From: Pinisolibacter aquiterrae
GTDB lineage: Bacteria > Pseudomonadota > Alphaproteobacteria > Rhizobiales > Ancalomicrobiaceae
Assembly (NCBI RefSeq): GCF_019160155.1
Contig: NZ_JAFNIH010000061.1
Span: 186,063-210,062 of the forward strand
Length of the DNA: 24,000 nucleotides
Direction: 5' to 3'
Each line of letters begins with the position of its first letter. Position 1 is the stretch's first letter. The notes under the pieces are model-generated. The model did no database searches and was not told the DNA's origin. It worked only from the letters and a program-made list of their open reading frames with translations. Below, piece after piece: positions 7,050 to 16,955 of this stretch. Both the position numbers and the translations under genes were made by a program.

Positions 7050-8585
7050 ATGAGCGTTTCCGCCCTTCCGCCGGCCATCGAATTCATCGGGATCGACAAG
7101 CGCTTCGGCGCCGTCCACGCCAATCGCGACATCGATCTCGCGATCGAGGCGGGGACCATCCACGGGCTGGTCGGCGAGAACGGCGCCGGCAAGTCGACGC
7201 TGATGTCGATCCTCTACGGCTTCTACGCCGCCGATCGCGGCGAGATCCGCCTCCACGGCCGCAAGACCACGATCCGCTCCTCGGCCGACGCGATCCGTCA
7301 GGGCATCGGCATGGTCCATCAGCAGTTCATGCTGGTCGAGACGATGAGCGTGCTCGAGAACGTCCTGCTCGGCGCCGAGGGCTCGCCGCGGTTGGCGCCG
7401 GCGGAGGCGCGCGCCCGCGCCGTGCTGAGGCAACTCGCCGACGACTACGAACTGACCATCGACCCCGACGCCCTCGTCGCCGATCTGTCGGTGGGCGAAC
7501 AGCAGCGGGTCGAGATCCTCAAGACGCTCTTCCGCGGCGCCGAGATCCTGATCCTCGACGAGCCGACGGCGGTGCTGACCCCGGCCGAGGCGGCCCATCT
7601 GTTCCGCATCCTCCGGCGGCTCGCCCAGGAGGGCAAGACCATCCTCCTCATCACCCACAAGCTCAAGGAGATCATGGCGATCACCGACCGGGTCTCGGTG
7701 ATGCGGGCGGGCGAGATCGTCGCCGAATTCGAGACCGCCGAGACCTCGGTCGAGCGCCTCGCCGAGGCGATGGTCGGGCGGCGGGTGCTGCTCGAGGTGG
7801 AGAAGGGCCCGTCGGTGCCGGGGGCGGTGCTGCTCGAGGTGGAGGCGGTCGATCTCCGCGACAAGCGCGGCGTGAGCGTGCTCGACCGGGTGAGCCTCGA
7901 GGTGCGCGCCGGCGAGATCGTCGGCATCGCCGGGGTCGCCGGCAACGGCCAATCGGAACTGATCGAGGCCATCGCCGGCATCCGCCGGCCGACCAGCGGG
8001 CGGATCACGGTGTGTGGGCGCGACGTGGTCGGGCTCGGGCCGGACGAGGTGCGCGAGGCCGGCCTCGCCCACATCCCCGAGGACCGTCACCGGATGGGCC
8101 TCGTCCTCGACTTCTCGGCGGAGGAGAACATGCTGCTCGGCCACGAGGACGATCCGGCCTGGGCGCACGGCCTGCTGCTCGATCGGTCGGCGATCCGGCG
8201 AGCGGCGATGACCGCCTTCGACGACTTCGACATTCGCCCCGACGATCCGACACTCAGGGCGGCGCTCTTTTCCGGCGGCAACCAACAGAAGATCGTGGTG
8301 GCGCGCGAGGTGGCGCGGACGCCGCGCGTGCTGCTCGTCGGCCAGCCGACGCGCGGTGTCGACATCGGGGCGATCGAGGCGATCCATCGCCGGCTGATCG
8401 CGTTGCGCGATCAGGGTCACGCCATTCTCCTGGTCTCGGCCGAACTCGACGAGATCCGCTCGCTGTCGGACCGAGTGCTGGCGATGTGCCAGGGCCGGAT
8501 CACCGGCGAGTGTCGGCCCGACGTCGGCGAGACCGAGATCGGTCTGATGATGGCGGGCGTCGCCCCCGAGGGAGTGCGCGCATGA
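7050..8585 (+). CDS. ABC transporter ATP-binding protein with duplicated ATPase domains (sugar/nucleoside CUT2 type)
   Basis: The last 511 codons of track ORF 6354..8585, starting MSVSALPPAIEFIGIDKRFG. First half: GENGAGKST, LSVGEQQRVEI, ILILDEPT. Second half: GVAGNGQSE, FSGGNQQKIVV, LLLVGQPTRGVD. This is the typical two-domain arrangement. Confidence 0.9.
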   Translation: MSVSALPPAIEFIGIDKRFGAVHANRDIDLAIEAGTIHGLVGENGAGKSTLMSILYGFYAADRGEIRLHGRKTTIRSSADAIRQGIGMVHQQFMLVETMSVLENVLLGAEGSPRLAPAEARARAVLRQLADDYELTIDPDALVADLSVGEQQRVEILKTLFRGAEILILDEPTAVLTPAEAAHLFRILRRLAQEGKTILLITHKLKEIMAITDRVSVMRAGEIVAEFETAETSVERLAEAMVGRRVLLEVEKGPSVPGAVLLEVEAVDLRDKRGVSVLDRVSLEVRAGEIVGIAGVAGNGQSELIEAIAGIRRPTSGRITVCGRDVVGLGPDEVREAGLAHIPEDRHRMGLVLDFSAEENMLLGHEDDPAWAHGLLLDRSAIRRAAMTAFDDFDIRPDDPTLRAALFSGGNQQKIVVAREVARTPRVLLVGQPTRGVDIGAIEAIHRRLIALRDQGHAILLVSAELDEIRSLSDRVLAMCQGRITGECRPDVGETEIGLMMAGVAPEGVRA

Positions 8586-9703
8586 GCTCCACGTCTCGCC
8601 GCGAGCTGCCGCTGGTGGTCGACTACGGCCTGATCCCGATCCTCAATCTCTCGGTCGCCTTCCTGATCTCCGGCCTCGTGGTGCTGGCGATCGGCGAGAA
8701 CCCGCTCGAGGCGGTGGCGATCATGATCCGGGGGGCGCTGGGCTATTCGGAGGGGATCGGCTTCACGCTCTACTACACCACCGACTTCGTCTTCACCGGG
8801 CTCGCGGTGGCCGTCGCCTTCCATGCCGGTCTCTTCAACATCGGCGCGGAGGGGCAGGCGACGCTGGGCGGGCTCGGCGTGGCGCTGGTCTGCCTCACCT
8901 TCGACGGGGCGCCGTGGTGGCTGGTCTTTCCCTTCGCGCTCGCCGCCTCGATGGCCTTCGGCGCCGCCTGGGCCTTCGTGCCGGCCTGGGCGCAGGCGCG
9001 ACGCGGCAGCCACATCGTCATCACCACCATCATGTTCAACTATCTCGCGGCGACGCTGATGGTGTGGGTGCTGGTGGAGCTGATGAGCGAGCCGGGCACG
9101 ATGAGCCCGGAGAGCCGCACCTTCGCCGAGGCGACACGGCTGCCGTTCCTGCGCGACTTCCTCACCCCCTGGGGCATCGATCTCGGCCAATCGCCGCTCA
9201 ACCCGATGGTGTTCGTGGCGATCCTGGCGGCGATCTTCGTATGGGTCCTGGTGTGGCGGACGCGGCTCGGCTTCCAGATCCGCACCGTCGGCAAGAACCC
9301 GATCGCCGCCGTCTATGCCGGCATCGACCCCGGCCACGTCGTGATCGTGGCGATGCTGATCTCCGGCGCGCTTTCGGGTCTGCTCGCGGTCAACGAGGTG
9401 ATGGGGACGCAACACCGGCTGCTGCTCGAATTCGTCGCCGGGGCCGGTTTCGTCGGCATCGCCGTCGCCCTGATGGGCCGATCGCACCCGTTCGGCGTGG
9501 TGCTGGCCTCGCTCCTCTTCGGCATCCTCTATCAGGGCGGGGCCGAACTCGCCTTCGAGAAGCCGAAGATCAGCCGCGACATGATCGTCGTCATCCAGGC
9601 GCTGGTGATCCTCTTCGCGGGCGCGCTCGAGCACATGTTCCGGCCCGGACTGGTGAAGCTCCTCGACCGGCCGAGGGCGGTCGCGGCGCGAGGAGGCGCG
9701 TGA
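8582..9703 (+). CDS. ABC transporter permease (first of two, BMP/nucleoside-type system)
   Basis: The last 373 codons of track ORF 8012..9703, starting MSSTSRRELPLVVDYGLIPIL. Highly hydrophobic multi-TM protein. ATG at 8582 overlaps the ATPase stop (ATGA). Confidence 0.87.
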   Translation: MSSTSRRELPLVVDYGLIPILNLSVAFLISGLVVLAIGENPLEAVAIMIRGALGYSEGIGFTLYYTTDFVFTGLAVAVAFHAGLFNIGAEGQATLGGLGVALVCLTFDGAPWWLVFPFALAASMAFGAAWAFVPAWAQARRGSHIVITTIMFNYLAATLMVWVLVELMSEPGTMSPESRTFAEATRLPFLRDFLTPWGIDLGQSPLNPMVFVAILAAIFVWVLVWRTRLGFQIRTVGKNPIAAVYAGIDPGHVVIVAMLISGALSGLLAVNEVMGTQHRLLLEFVAGAGFVGIAVALMGRSHPFGVVLASLLFGILYQGGAELAFEKPKISRDMIVVIQALVILFAGALEHMFRPGLVKLLDRPRAVAARGGA

Positions 9704-10689
9704 TGGATCCGACCGGCTTCCTCGATCTCGCCGCGCCGGTGCTGGGCTCGGGCCTCCGGCTCGCCGTGCCGCTCCTCTTCGCCTGTCTCGCCGGCCTGTG
9801 GTCGGAGCGCTCGGGCGTGGTCGACATCGGCCTCGAGGGCAAGATGCTGGCGGCGGCCTTCGCTTCCGGAGCGGCGGCGGCCCAGTTCCATTCGCCCTGG
9901 GCCGGGCTTCTCGCCGGCATCCTCGTCTCGATCGGCTTCGCGCTGATCCATGGTTTCGCCTCGATCACCCAGCGCGGCAACCAGATCGTCTCCGGCGTCG
10001 CGATCAACTTCCTGGCCGCCGGCCTCACCGTGCTGCTGGGGCAGGTCTGGTACGGCCAGGGCGGACGCACGCCGCAGTTGGAGGCCTCCGAGCGGTTCCT
10101 CGGGATCGACCTCGATCTCGGCATCGGCCGGGCGCTCGGGGAGAGCCACGGTCTCGGGCGGGTCTGGTCGGAGGTGATCGCGGGGCACAATCTCCTCGTC
10201 TATCTCTCGCTCGCCGCGGTGCCGGCGACGTGGTGGATCCTGTGGCGGACCCGGTTCGGGCTCAGGCTGCGCGCGGTCGGCGACAATCCGCACGCGGTCG
10301 ACACCGCCGGCGTCTCGGTCGCCGGCCTGCGCTACCGGGCGGTGATCGTCTGCGGGGCGTTGTGCGGCTGCGCCGGGACTTATCTCGCGGTGGCGCAATC
10401 GGCCGGGTTCGTGCGCGACATGACCGCCGGCAAGGGCTTCATCGCGCTCGCCGCGCTGGTCTTCGCCAAATGGAAGCCGTTCAACGCGCTCGGCGCCTGC
10501 CTGCTCTTCGGCCTCCTCGATGCGATGGCGATCCGCCTCCAGGGCACGCCGCTGCCGGGGATCGGCACGGTGCCGGTGCAGGTGTTCCAGGCGCTGCCCT
10601 ATGCCTTGACGGTGATCCTGCTCGCCGGCTTCATCGGCCGCTCGATCCCACCCAAGGCTTCGGGTATCCCCTACACCAAAGATCGTTGA
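9703..10689 (+). CDS. ABC transporter permease (second of two, BMP/nucleoside-type system)
   Basis: The last 328 codons of track ORF 8914..10689, starting MDPTGFLDLAAPVLGSGLRL. Multi-TM. The start overlaps the previous stop by 1 nt (tgatg at 9701-9705). SD aggagg at 9691-9696. Confidence 0.87.
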   Translation: MDPTGFLDLAAPVLGSGLRLAVPLLFACLAGLWSERSGVVDIGLEGKMLAAAFASGAAAAQFHSPWAGLLAGILVSIGFALIHGFASITQRGNQIVSGVAINFLAAGLTVLLGQVWYGQGGRTPQLEASERFLGIDLDLGIGRALGESHGLGRVWSEVIAGHNLLVYLSLAAVPATWWILWRTRFGLRLRAVGDNPHAVDTAGVSVAGLRYRAVIVCGALCGCAGTYLAVAQSAGFVRDMTAGKGFIALAALVFAKWKPFNALGACLLFGLLDAMAIRLQGTPLPGIGTVPVQVFQALPYALTVILLAGFIGRSIPPKASGIPYTKDR

Positions 10690-10706
10690 GCCGGAGGAGA
10701 TCGTCC

Positions 10707-11126
10707 ATGACCAACGAACGCGAAGCGCTCGCCGCGCTGTTCGAGGCCGCCGCCGACGTGCGGGTGCGGGCGCACGCGCCCTATTCCAACTTCTTCGTCG
10801 GCGCCGCCGTGCTCGACGAGGAGGGCCGCATCCACGTCGGCTGCAACGTCGAGAACGCCGCCTATCCGGAAGGGACCTGCGCCGAGGCCGGCGCGATCTC
10901 GGCGATGGTGGCGGCGGGCGGACGGCGGATCCTCGCCGTCGCGGTGGTCGGCGGCCCGGCCGACGGCGAGGAGATCCTGTGTCCGCCCTGTGGCGGCTGC
11001 CGCCAGAAGATCCGCGAATTCGCCGGCGAGACCGCCTCGATCCATCTGCGCGACGCCGCCGGCGCCGTGTCGAGCCTGCCGCTCGGCGAGATGTTGCCGC
11101 TCTCCTTCGGCCCCGGTCACTTGTGA
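10707..11126 (+). CDS. cdd: Cytidine deaminase (short homotetrameric type)
   Basis: The last 139 codons of track ORF 9798..11126, starting MTNEREALAALFEAA. Zinc and catalytic motifs CAE (TCAEAGAI) and PCGGCRQ. SD ggagga at 10693-10698. Confidence 0.9.
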   Translation: MTNEREALAALFEAAADVRVRAHAPYSNFFVGAAVLDEEGRIHVGCNVENAAYPEGTCAEAGAISAMVAAGGRRILAVAVVGGPADGEEILCPPCGGCRQKIREFAGETASIHLRDAAGAVSSLPLGEMLPLSFGPGHL

Positions 11127-11144
11127 ACCCGCGCGAGGATCGCC

Positions 11145-11957
11145 ATGGACGCTCTCCAACTCGCCCGTCTGATCCGTGAATGGGCGCCCGACGCCGCGCC
11201 GAAGGTCGCCCTGGTGCTGGGCTCAGGCCTCGGTGACGTCGCCCGCGCCGTCGAGGGCGCGGAGGCGATCCCCTATCTCGACCTGCCGGGCTTCCCGCGC
11301 TCGGGCGTCTCCGGACATGCCGGGGAACTGATGCTCGGGCGCATCGCCGGATGCGAGGTCGTGGTGCTCTCGGGCCGCGCCCATATGTATGAGCACGGCA
11401 ATCCGCGCGAAATGGCGGTGCCGATCGCGACGCTCGCCGCCCTCGGGGTCGAGACGCTGATCCTCACCAACGCGGCCGGTTCCTTACGCGAGAGCGTCGG
11501 GCCGGGATCGGCGATGCTGATCACCGACCACATCGCGCTCGGCCCCAATCCGCTGATCGGGGTGGAGGGCGACGAGCGCTTCGTATCGATGGTCGACGCC
11601 TATGATCCCGCCCTTCGCGACGTGGCGAGGCAAGCGGCGGCGGCCGTCGGGATCGATCTCGCCGAGGGCGTCTACATGTGGTTCACCGGCCCCTCGTTCG
11701 AGACGCCGGCGGAGATCCGCATGGCCCGCGTCCTCGGCGCCGACGCGGTCGGCATGTCGACCGTGCCGGAGGTGATCCTGGCGCGGCACGCCGGGCTCAG
11801 GGTGCTCGGCCTGTCGCTGATCACCAATCTCGGCGCCGGCATGACCGGACGCGCGCTGTCGCATGCCGAGACGAAACACGAGGCCGCTCGGGGCGGAGGG
11901 CGCATGGGCGCGCTTCTCGTCGAGATCCTCGGCCGCATCACGGAGGCGACGTCATGA
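11145..11957 (+). CDS. Purine nucleoside phosphorylase, trimeric PunA/XapA/mammalian-PNP type
   Basis: 270 aa. Motifs LVLGSGLG, SGRAHMYEHG, FTGPSFETPAE, VGMSTVPEV and LITNLGAG match the inosine/guanosine phosphorylase family. Confidence 0.9.
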   Translation: MDALQLARLIREWAPDAAPKVALVLGSGLGDVARAVEGAEAIPYLDLPGFPRSGVSGHAGELMLGRIAGCEVVVLSGRAHMYEHGNPREMAVPIATLAALGVETLILTNAAGSLRESVGPGSAMLITDHIALGPNPLIGVEGDERFVSMVDAYDPALRDVARQAAAAVGIDLAEGVYMWFTGPSFETPAEIRMARVLGADAVGMSTVPEVILARHAGLRVLGLSLITNLGAGMTGRALSHAETKHEAARGGGRMGALLVEILGRITEATS

Positions 11958-12721
11958 CCCCATCCGAGGCTTCCGCCGCCGCGCGGCGAGCGTTGCCGCT
12001 GGTCGATCTGACCGACCTCTCCGACGACGCCACCGAAGCCGGGGCGCGGGCTCTGTGCGCTCGCGCTGTGACGCGGCACGGCGCGGTCGCGGCGGTGTGC
12101 CTGTGGCCGCGCTTCGTCGCCACCGCGAAGGCGGCGCTCGTCGGGACGGGCGTGAAGATCGCGACCGTCGTCAACTTCCCCCGAGGCGGCGATGACACGC
12201 GCGCGGTTCTCGCCGAGACCGAACGGGCGATCACCGACGGCGCCGACGAGATCGATCTGGTGATGCCCTATCGGGCCTTTCTCGCGGGGCGGGCCGGCTT
12301 CGCCGAGACGCAGATCGTCCGGGTGAAGCGGGTCTGCGACGGGCGCGCCGCCTTGAAGGTCATCCTCGAGACCGGCGAACTCGGTGAGCCCGCGACGATG
12401 CGCGCCGCCGCCGATCTGGCGCTCGCGGCCGGGGCCGATTTCGTGAAGACCTCGACCGGCAAGGTCGCGGTCAACGCCACGCTTCCCGCCACCGAGGCGC
12501 TTCTCGAGGCGGTCCGCGCCTGCGGCCGGCCGGCAGGGGTCAAGGCGGCGGGCGGGATCCGCACGGTCGCCGACGCGGCCGCCCATCTCGCCGTCGCCGA
12601 CCGTGTCATGGGACCGGACTGGGCGAGCCCCGCGACCTTCCGCTTCGGCGCCTCCGGCCTTCTCGATGCGCTGATCGCGGCGATCGAGGGCGGCGAGCAC
12701 GCCGGCAAAGACGGATATTGA
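11954..12721 (+). CDS. deoC: Deoxyribose-phosphate aldolase
   Basis: The last 255 codons of track ORF 11678..12721, starting MTPSEASAAARRALPLVDLT. Motifs DEIDLVMPY, FVKTSTGK (Schiff-base Lys region) and VKAAGGIR. ATG at 11954 overlaps the PNP stop (ATGA). Confidence 0.88.
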   Translation: MTPSEASAAARRALPLVDLTDLSDDATEAGARALCARAVTRHGAVAAVCLWPRFVATAKAALVGTGVKIATVVNFPRGGDDTRAVLAETERAITDGADEIDLVMPYRAFLAGRAGFAETQIVRVKRVCDGRAALKVILETGELGEPATMRAAADLALAAGADFVKTSTGKVAVNATLPATEALLEAVRACGRPAGVKAAGGIRTVADAAAHLAVADRVMGPDWASPATFRFGASGLLDALIAAIEGGEHAGKDGY

Positions 12722-12743
12722 GACGGCTCATGAGGGAAGACAC

Positions 12744-14054
12744 ATGCTGCCGCAGGAACTGATCCGCCGCAAACGCGACGGCGGTACGCTCACCGGCGCG
12801 GAGATCGCGGCGCTGGTCACAGGCCTCACCGACGGCTCGGTGAGCGAGGGCCAGATCGCCGCCTTCGCCATGGCCGTGTTCTTTCGCGGGCTGGCGCTCG
12901 ACGAGCGGGTCGCGCTGACGAAGGCGATGCGCGATTCCGGAACGGTTCTCGCCTGGGACCTGCCGGGGCCGGTGCTCGACAAGCATTCCTCCGGCGGGGT
13001 CGGCGACGACGTCTCCCTGATGCTGGCGCCGATGGTCGCGGCCTGCGGCGGCTTCGTCCCGATGATCTCCGGGCGCGGACTCGGCCACACCGGCGGCACG
13101 CTCGACAAGCTCGATTCGATCCCCGGCTATCGCACCCAACCGGACAATGCGCTCTTCGCCCGCGTCGTCCGCGAGGTCGGCTGCGCGATCATCGGCCAGA
13201 CCGCCGATCTGGCGCCGGCCGACAAGCGCTTCTACGCGATCCGCGACGTGACCGGCACGGTCGAGAGCCTCGACCTCATCACCGCGTCGATCCTCTCGAA
13301 AAAGCTCGCCGCCGGGCTCGAGGGGCTGGTGCTCGACGTCAAATGGGGCAACGGCGCCTTCATGGCGACGCTCGCCGAGGCCGAAGCGCTGGCGGCGAGC
13401 CTCGTCACGGTGGCGAACGGCGCCGGCCTGCCGACGCGCGCCCTCGTCACCGACATGAACCAGCCGCTGGCGCCCGCCGCCGGCAACGCGCTCGAGATCG
13501 CCCATGCGGTCGACTTCCTGACGCGGAAGCGCCGCGATCCGCGCGCCGAGGCGGTGACCGTGGCGCTCGGGGCGGAGATGCTGACCCTCTCCGGGCTTTC
13601 GGGATCGCTCGAGGAGGCGAGCGCCCGCCTCACCGCGACGCTCGACGACGGGCGTGCGGCGGAGGTGTTCGGGCGGATGGTCGCGGCGCTCGGAGGGGCG
13701 AACGACTTCGTCGAGACGGCGGCGAACCGTCTCGCGGCGGCGCCGGTCGTCCGCGACGTCTTCGCCGAGGGCGAGGGAATCGTCGAGAGCATCGACACCC
13801 GCGCGGTCGGCGTGGCGGTGATCGAACTCGGCGGCGGCCGGGTCCAGGCCAGCGACACGATCGATCCGGCCGTCGGCTTCGACCGGCTCGCCGGCGTCGG
13901 CGAGCGCATCGACCGCGCGACGCCGATCGGCCGGGTCCATGCCGCCACGGCAGCGGCGGCGGAACGGGCGGCGGACCGCCTCAAATCCGCCTATCGGGTC
14001 GGGTCATCTCGCCCGCTCGACCGGCCGCTGGTGGCCGATCGCATCACGGAATGA
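12744..14054 (+). CDS. deoA: Thymidine phosphorylase
   Basis: 436 aa. N-terminal [26 protein letters not shown] phosphate-binding motif and [15 protein letters not shown] closely parallel E. coli DeoA. SD gagggaag lies upstream. Confidence 0.93.
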   Translation: MLPQELIRRKRDGGTLTGAEIAALVTGLTDGSVSEGQIAAFAMAVFFRGLALDERVALTKAMRDSGTVLAWDLPGPVLDKHSSGGVGDDVSLMLAPMVAACGGFVPMISGRGLGHTGGTLDKLDSIPGYRTQPDNALFARVVREVGCAIIGQTADLAPADKRFYAIRDVTGTVESLDLITASILSKKLAAGLEGLVLDVKWGNGAFMATLAEAEALAASLVTVANGAGLPTRALVTDMNQPLAPAAGNALEIAHAVDFLTRKRRDPRAEAVTVALGAEMLTLSGLSGSLEEASARLTATLDDGRAAEVFGRMVAALGGANDFVETAANRLAAAPVVRDVFAEGEGIVESIDTRAVGVAVIELGGGRVQASDTIDPAVGFDRLAGVGERIDRATPIGRVHAATAAAAERAADRLKSAYRVGSSRPLDRPLVADRITE

Positions 14055-14083
14055 GCCCGAGGGCTCGGCGCGAAGGGATCATC

Positions 14084-15301
14084 ATGGCGCGTGCCATTCT
14101 GCTCGTCCTCGATTCCTTCGGGATCGGCGCGGCGCAAGACGCAGAACGCTTCGGCGATGCCGGTGCCGACACCTACGGCCACATCGCGCGCGCCTGCGCC
14201 GAAGGGCGCGGCGACCGCGAGGGTCTGCGCGCCGGGCCGCTGGTTCTGCCCAATCTCACCCGGCTCGGTCTGGCGCGGGCGCATGCCGGCTCGATCGGCG
14301 GCATCGACCCGGCGCCGGGCGCGGCGATCGAGGGGGCCTCGGGCCATGCGATCGAGACCTCCAAGGGCAAGGACACGCCGTCCGGCCATTGGGAGCTGAT
14401 GGGCGTGCCGGTCACCTTCGACTGGGGCTATTTCCCGGCGACGAAGCCGTGTTTTCCCAAAGTGTTGATCGACGCGCTGATCGCCGAGGCGGGGCTTCCC
14501 GGCGTCCTCGGCGAGGAACACGCCTCGGGCACCGAGATCATCGCCCGGCTCGGCGAAGAACACGTCCGGACCGGCAAGCCGATCGTCTATACCTCGGCCG
14601 ACTCGGTCTTCCAGATCGCCGCCCATGAAGAGAGCTTCGGGCTCGAGCGCCTGCTCGAGACCTGCCGGATCGCCCGGCGTCTGGTCGATCCGCTCGGGAT
14701 CGGCCGGGTGATCGCGCGGCCCTTCCTCGGCTCGTCGGCCGCGACCTTCAAGCGCACGCCGCATCGCCGCGACTTCGCGGTGCCGCCGCCGGAGCCGACC
14801 CTGCTCGACCGGGCGAAGGCGGCGGGGCGCGAGGTGGTGGCGATCGGCAAGATCTCCGACATCTTCGCCGGCCTCGGCCCGACCCGAGTGGTGAAGGCGG
14901 CCGGCAACATGGCGCTGTTCGACGCCACTCTCGAGGCGCTCGGCGCGACCGCCGACGGCGGGTTGATCCTGACCAATTTCGTCGACTTCGACATGGAATG
15001 GGGCCACCGGCGCGACGTTCCCGGCTATGCGGCCGGGCTCGAGGCCTTCGACCGGCGGCTGCCGGAACTCGAGGCGCGGCTGCGGCCGGGCGATCTGGCG
15101 ATCGCCACCGCCGATCACGGCTGCGATCCGACCTGGCGCGGCACGGATCACACCCGCGAGCACGTCCCGGTCCTCGCCTTCGGGCCGGGTGTCGGCCGGC
15201 GCGATCTCGGCGGGGTCGGCTTCGCCGACGTCGGCGCCACTTTCGCGGCGCATCTCGGGTTGGAGCCGGGTCCGCACGGGCGCGCCTTCGCCGTGGCGTG
15301 A
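14084..15301 (+). CDS. deoB: Phosphopentomutase
   Basis: The last 405 codons of track ORF 13343..15301, starting [16 protein letters not shown], which parallels the E. coli DeoB N-terminus. TADHGCDPT metal-site motif near the C-terminus. SD gaaggga at 14072-14078. An alternative ATG at 14051 overlaps the deoA stop. Confidence 0.9.
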   Translation: MARAILLVLDSFGIGAAQDAERFGDAGADTYGHIARACAEGRGDREGLRAGPLVLPNLTRLGLARAHAGSIGGIDPAPGAAIEGASGHAIETSKGKDTPSGHWELMGVPVTFDWGYFPATKPCFPKVLIDALIAEAGLPGVLGEEHASGTEIIARLGEEHVRTGKPIVYTSADSVFQIAAHEESFGLERLLETCRIARRLVDPLGIGRVIARPFLGSSAATFKRTPHRRDFAVPPPEPTLLDRAKAAGREVVAIGKISDIFAGLGPTRVVKAAGNMALFDATLEALGATADGGLILTNFVDFDMEWGHRRDVPGYAAGLEAFDRRLPELEARLRPGDLAIATADHGCDPTWRGTDHTREHVPVLAFGPGVGRRDLGGVGFADVGATFAAHLGLEPGPHGRAFAVA

Positions 15302-15323
15302 GCGCGCCCTCCCCGCCTCCCGG

Positions 15324-16781
15324 TCACGCCTTCGGCCAGCGTGCCGCGATCACCGTGAAGAGCGCGCGGATCGCCTGGGCCTCGCCGCCTTCCGGACGGC
15401 CGGGCCGGGCAGCCGGCGCCCAGGCGTAGATGTCGAGATGGACCCAGGCGGAGGTGTGCTCGACGAAGTCCGCGAGGAACAGCGCCGCCGTGATCGAGCC
15501 GGCGAAGCCGCCGGAGCCGGCGTTGGCGATGTCGGCGATCTTGCTGTCGATCATCGGCCGATAGACCGGCCACAGCGGCATCCGCCACAGCGGATCGAAG
15601 GCCGTCTTCGCCGCGTCGGCGATCTCCGCCGCGAGGGCGTCGTCATGGGTGTAGAAGGGCGGGAGATCCGGGCCGAGCGCCACCCGCGCGGCGCCGGTCA
15701 GCGTCGCCAGATCGATCAGGAGGACGGGCGTCTCCTCGTCGGCGAGCGCGAGCGCGTCGGCGAGCACCAGCCGCCCCTCGGCGTCGGTGTTGCCGATCTC
15801 GACCGTGAGGCCCTTGCGCGAGGGGAAGACGTCGCCGGGGCGGAAGGCGCGGCCGGAGATCGCGTTCTCCACCGCCGGGACGATCAGGCGCAGACGCACC
15901 GGCAACCCCGCGCCGATGATCATCGAGGCGAGCGCGAGGGCGTTGGCGGCGCCGCCCATGTCCTTCTTCATCAGGAGCATGGCGCTGTCCGGCTTGATGT
16001 CGAGACCACCGGAATCGAACACCACCCCCTTGCCCACCAGCGTCACCTTGGGGTGACGGGCATCGCCCCAGGTCGCGTCGATCAGGCGCGGCGGCCGGTC
16101 CGACCCCTGCCCGACCGCATGGACGAGGGGGAAGTTCGCGGCGAGGAGATCCTCGCCGACGGTCTCGACGACCACGCCGCCGGCCGGTTCGAACACCGCG
16201 CGGATCGTCGCCGCGAGCTCGGCGGGACCGAGATCGTTCGCCGGCGTATTGACGAGGTCGCGGGCCAGGAACACCGCCTCGGCCGTGCGGGTCACCGCCG
16301 CGAGATCGACGCTCTCGCCGACCATCAGCCTCACCGCGCGATCCACCGCCGTCTTGTAGCGGGTGAAGCGATAGCTCTCGAGCGCGAAGGCGAGCGCCGC
16401 CAGGGTCTCGTCCTCGAGCGGGCCCTCGAAGGCCCAGGTGCCGGCCGGCAGCAGGCTCGCGGCCTTGCCCGGCAGGAACGGCGTGCGTGCCGCCTCGCCG
16501 CGACGGCCGAGCCCGAACAGAGCCCCGGCGATCGCCCCGTTCGCATCGGGCAGCACCAGACATTGACCGGCCTTGGCCTCGAAACCGGCGGCGCGGGCGA
16601 AGGCGGACGCGGCGGCGCCGAGCGCGTCGAGGCGCGCGGCGAGACCGTCGGGCGTCACCACGCGGATCGGCAACACGGCGAGAGCGGGGTCGAAGGCGAT
16701 CAGGGGAAGAGACAAGGCGAAGCACTCCACGGCGGGGAACCGCGACTGCATCACGCGACGGCCGGCCTGTCCAGGCATCAC
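15324..16781 (-). CDS. Leucyl aminopeptidase family protein (peptidase M17)
   Basis: Motifs VGKGVVFDSGGLDIK and NTDAEGRLVLADAL are the M17 metal-binding and catalytic signatures. The start is uncertain: GTG at 16781, ATG at 16778 or ATG at 16751 (MQSRFPAVE...). None has a clear SD. Confidence 0.88.
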   Translation of the reverse strand: MMPGQAGRRVMQSRFPAVECFALSLPLIAFDPALAVLPIRVVTPDGLAARLDALGAAASAFARAAGFEAKAGQCLVLPDANGAIAGALFGLGRRGEAARTPFLPGKAASLLPAGTWAFEGPLEDETLAALAFALESYRFTRYKTAVDRAVRLMVGESVDLAAVTRTAEAVFLARDLVNTPANDLGPAELAATIRAVFEPAGGVVVETVGEDLLAANFPLVHAVGQGSDRPPRLIDATWGDARHPKVTLVGKGVVFDSGGLDIKPDSAMLLMKKDMGGAANALALASMIIGAGLPVRLRLIVPAVENAISGRAFRPGDVFPSRKGLTVEIGNTDAEGRLVLADALALADEETPVLLIDLATLTGAARVALGPDLPPFYTHDDALAAEIADAAKTAFDPLWRMPLWPVYRPMIDSKIADIANAGSGGFAGSITAALFLADFVEHTSAWVHLDIYAWAPAARPGRPEGGEAQAIRALFTVIAARWPKA

Positions 16782-16955
16782 GGCGCAGGGCGGGACGGCC
16801 GCTCGCTCAGGGCTCGGCCGGGGCGCATCGCGGGGTGCCGCGCGACCGGCGCCGGCCGGTTTAACCGACCGTTAGGGTTAACGTGAGATGACTGGATCGG
16901 TCGCCCCACCCGGGATCGTCGAGGATCTCGGGGCGGCGCGCCCGGAGATCGGAAC

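Noticed and set aside
14051-14083. Alternative deoB start at ATG 14051 overlapping the deoA stop (ATGA)
   Set aside because: The ATG at 14084 has a well-spaced SD (gaaggga) and gives an N-terminus ([15 protein letters not shown]) collinear with known phosphopentomutases. The 11 extra residues ([11 protein letters not shown]) have no support. This cannot be fully excluded.
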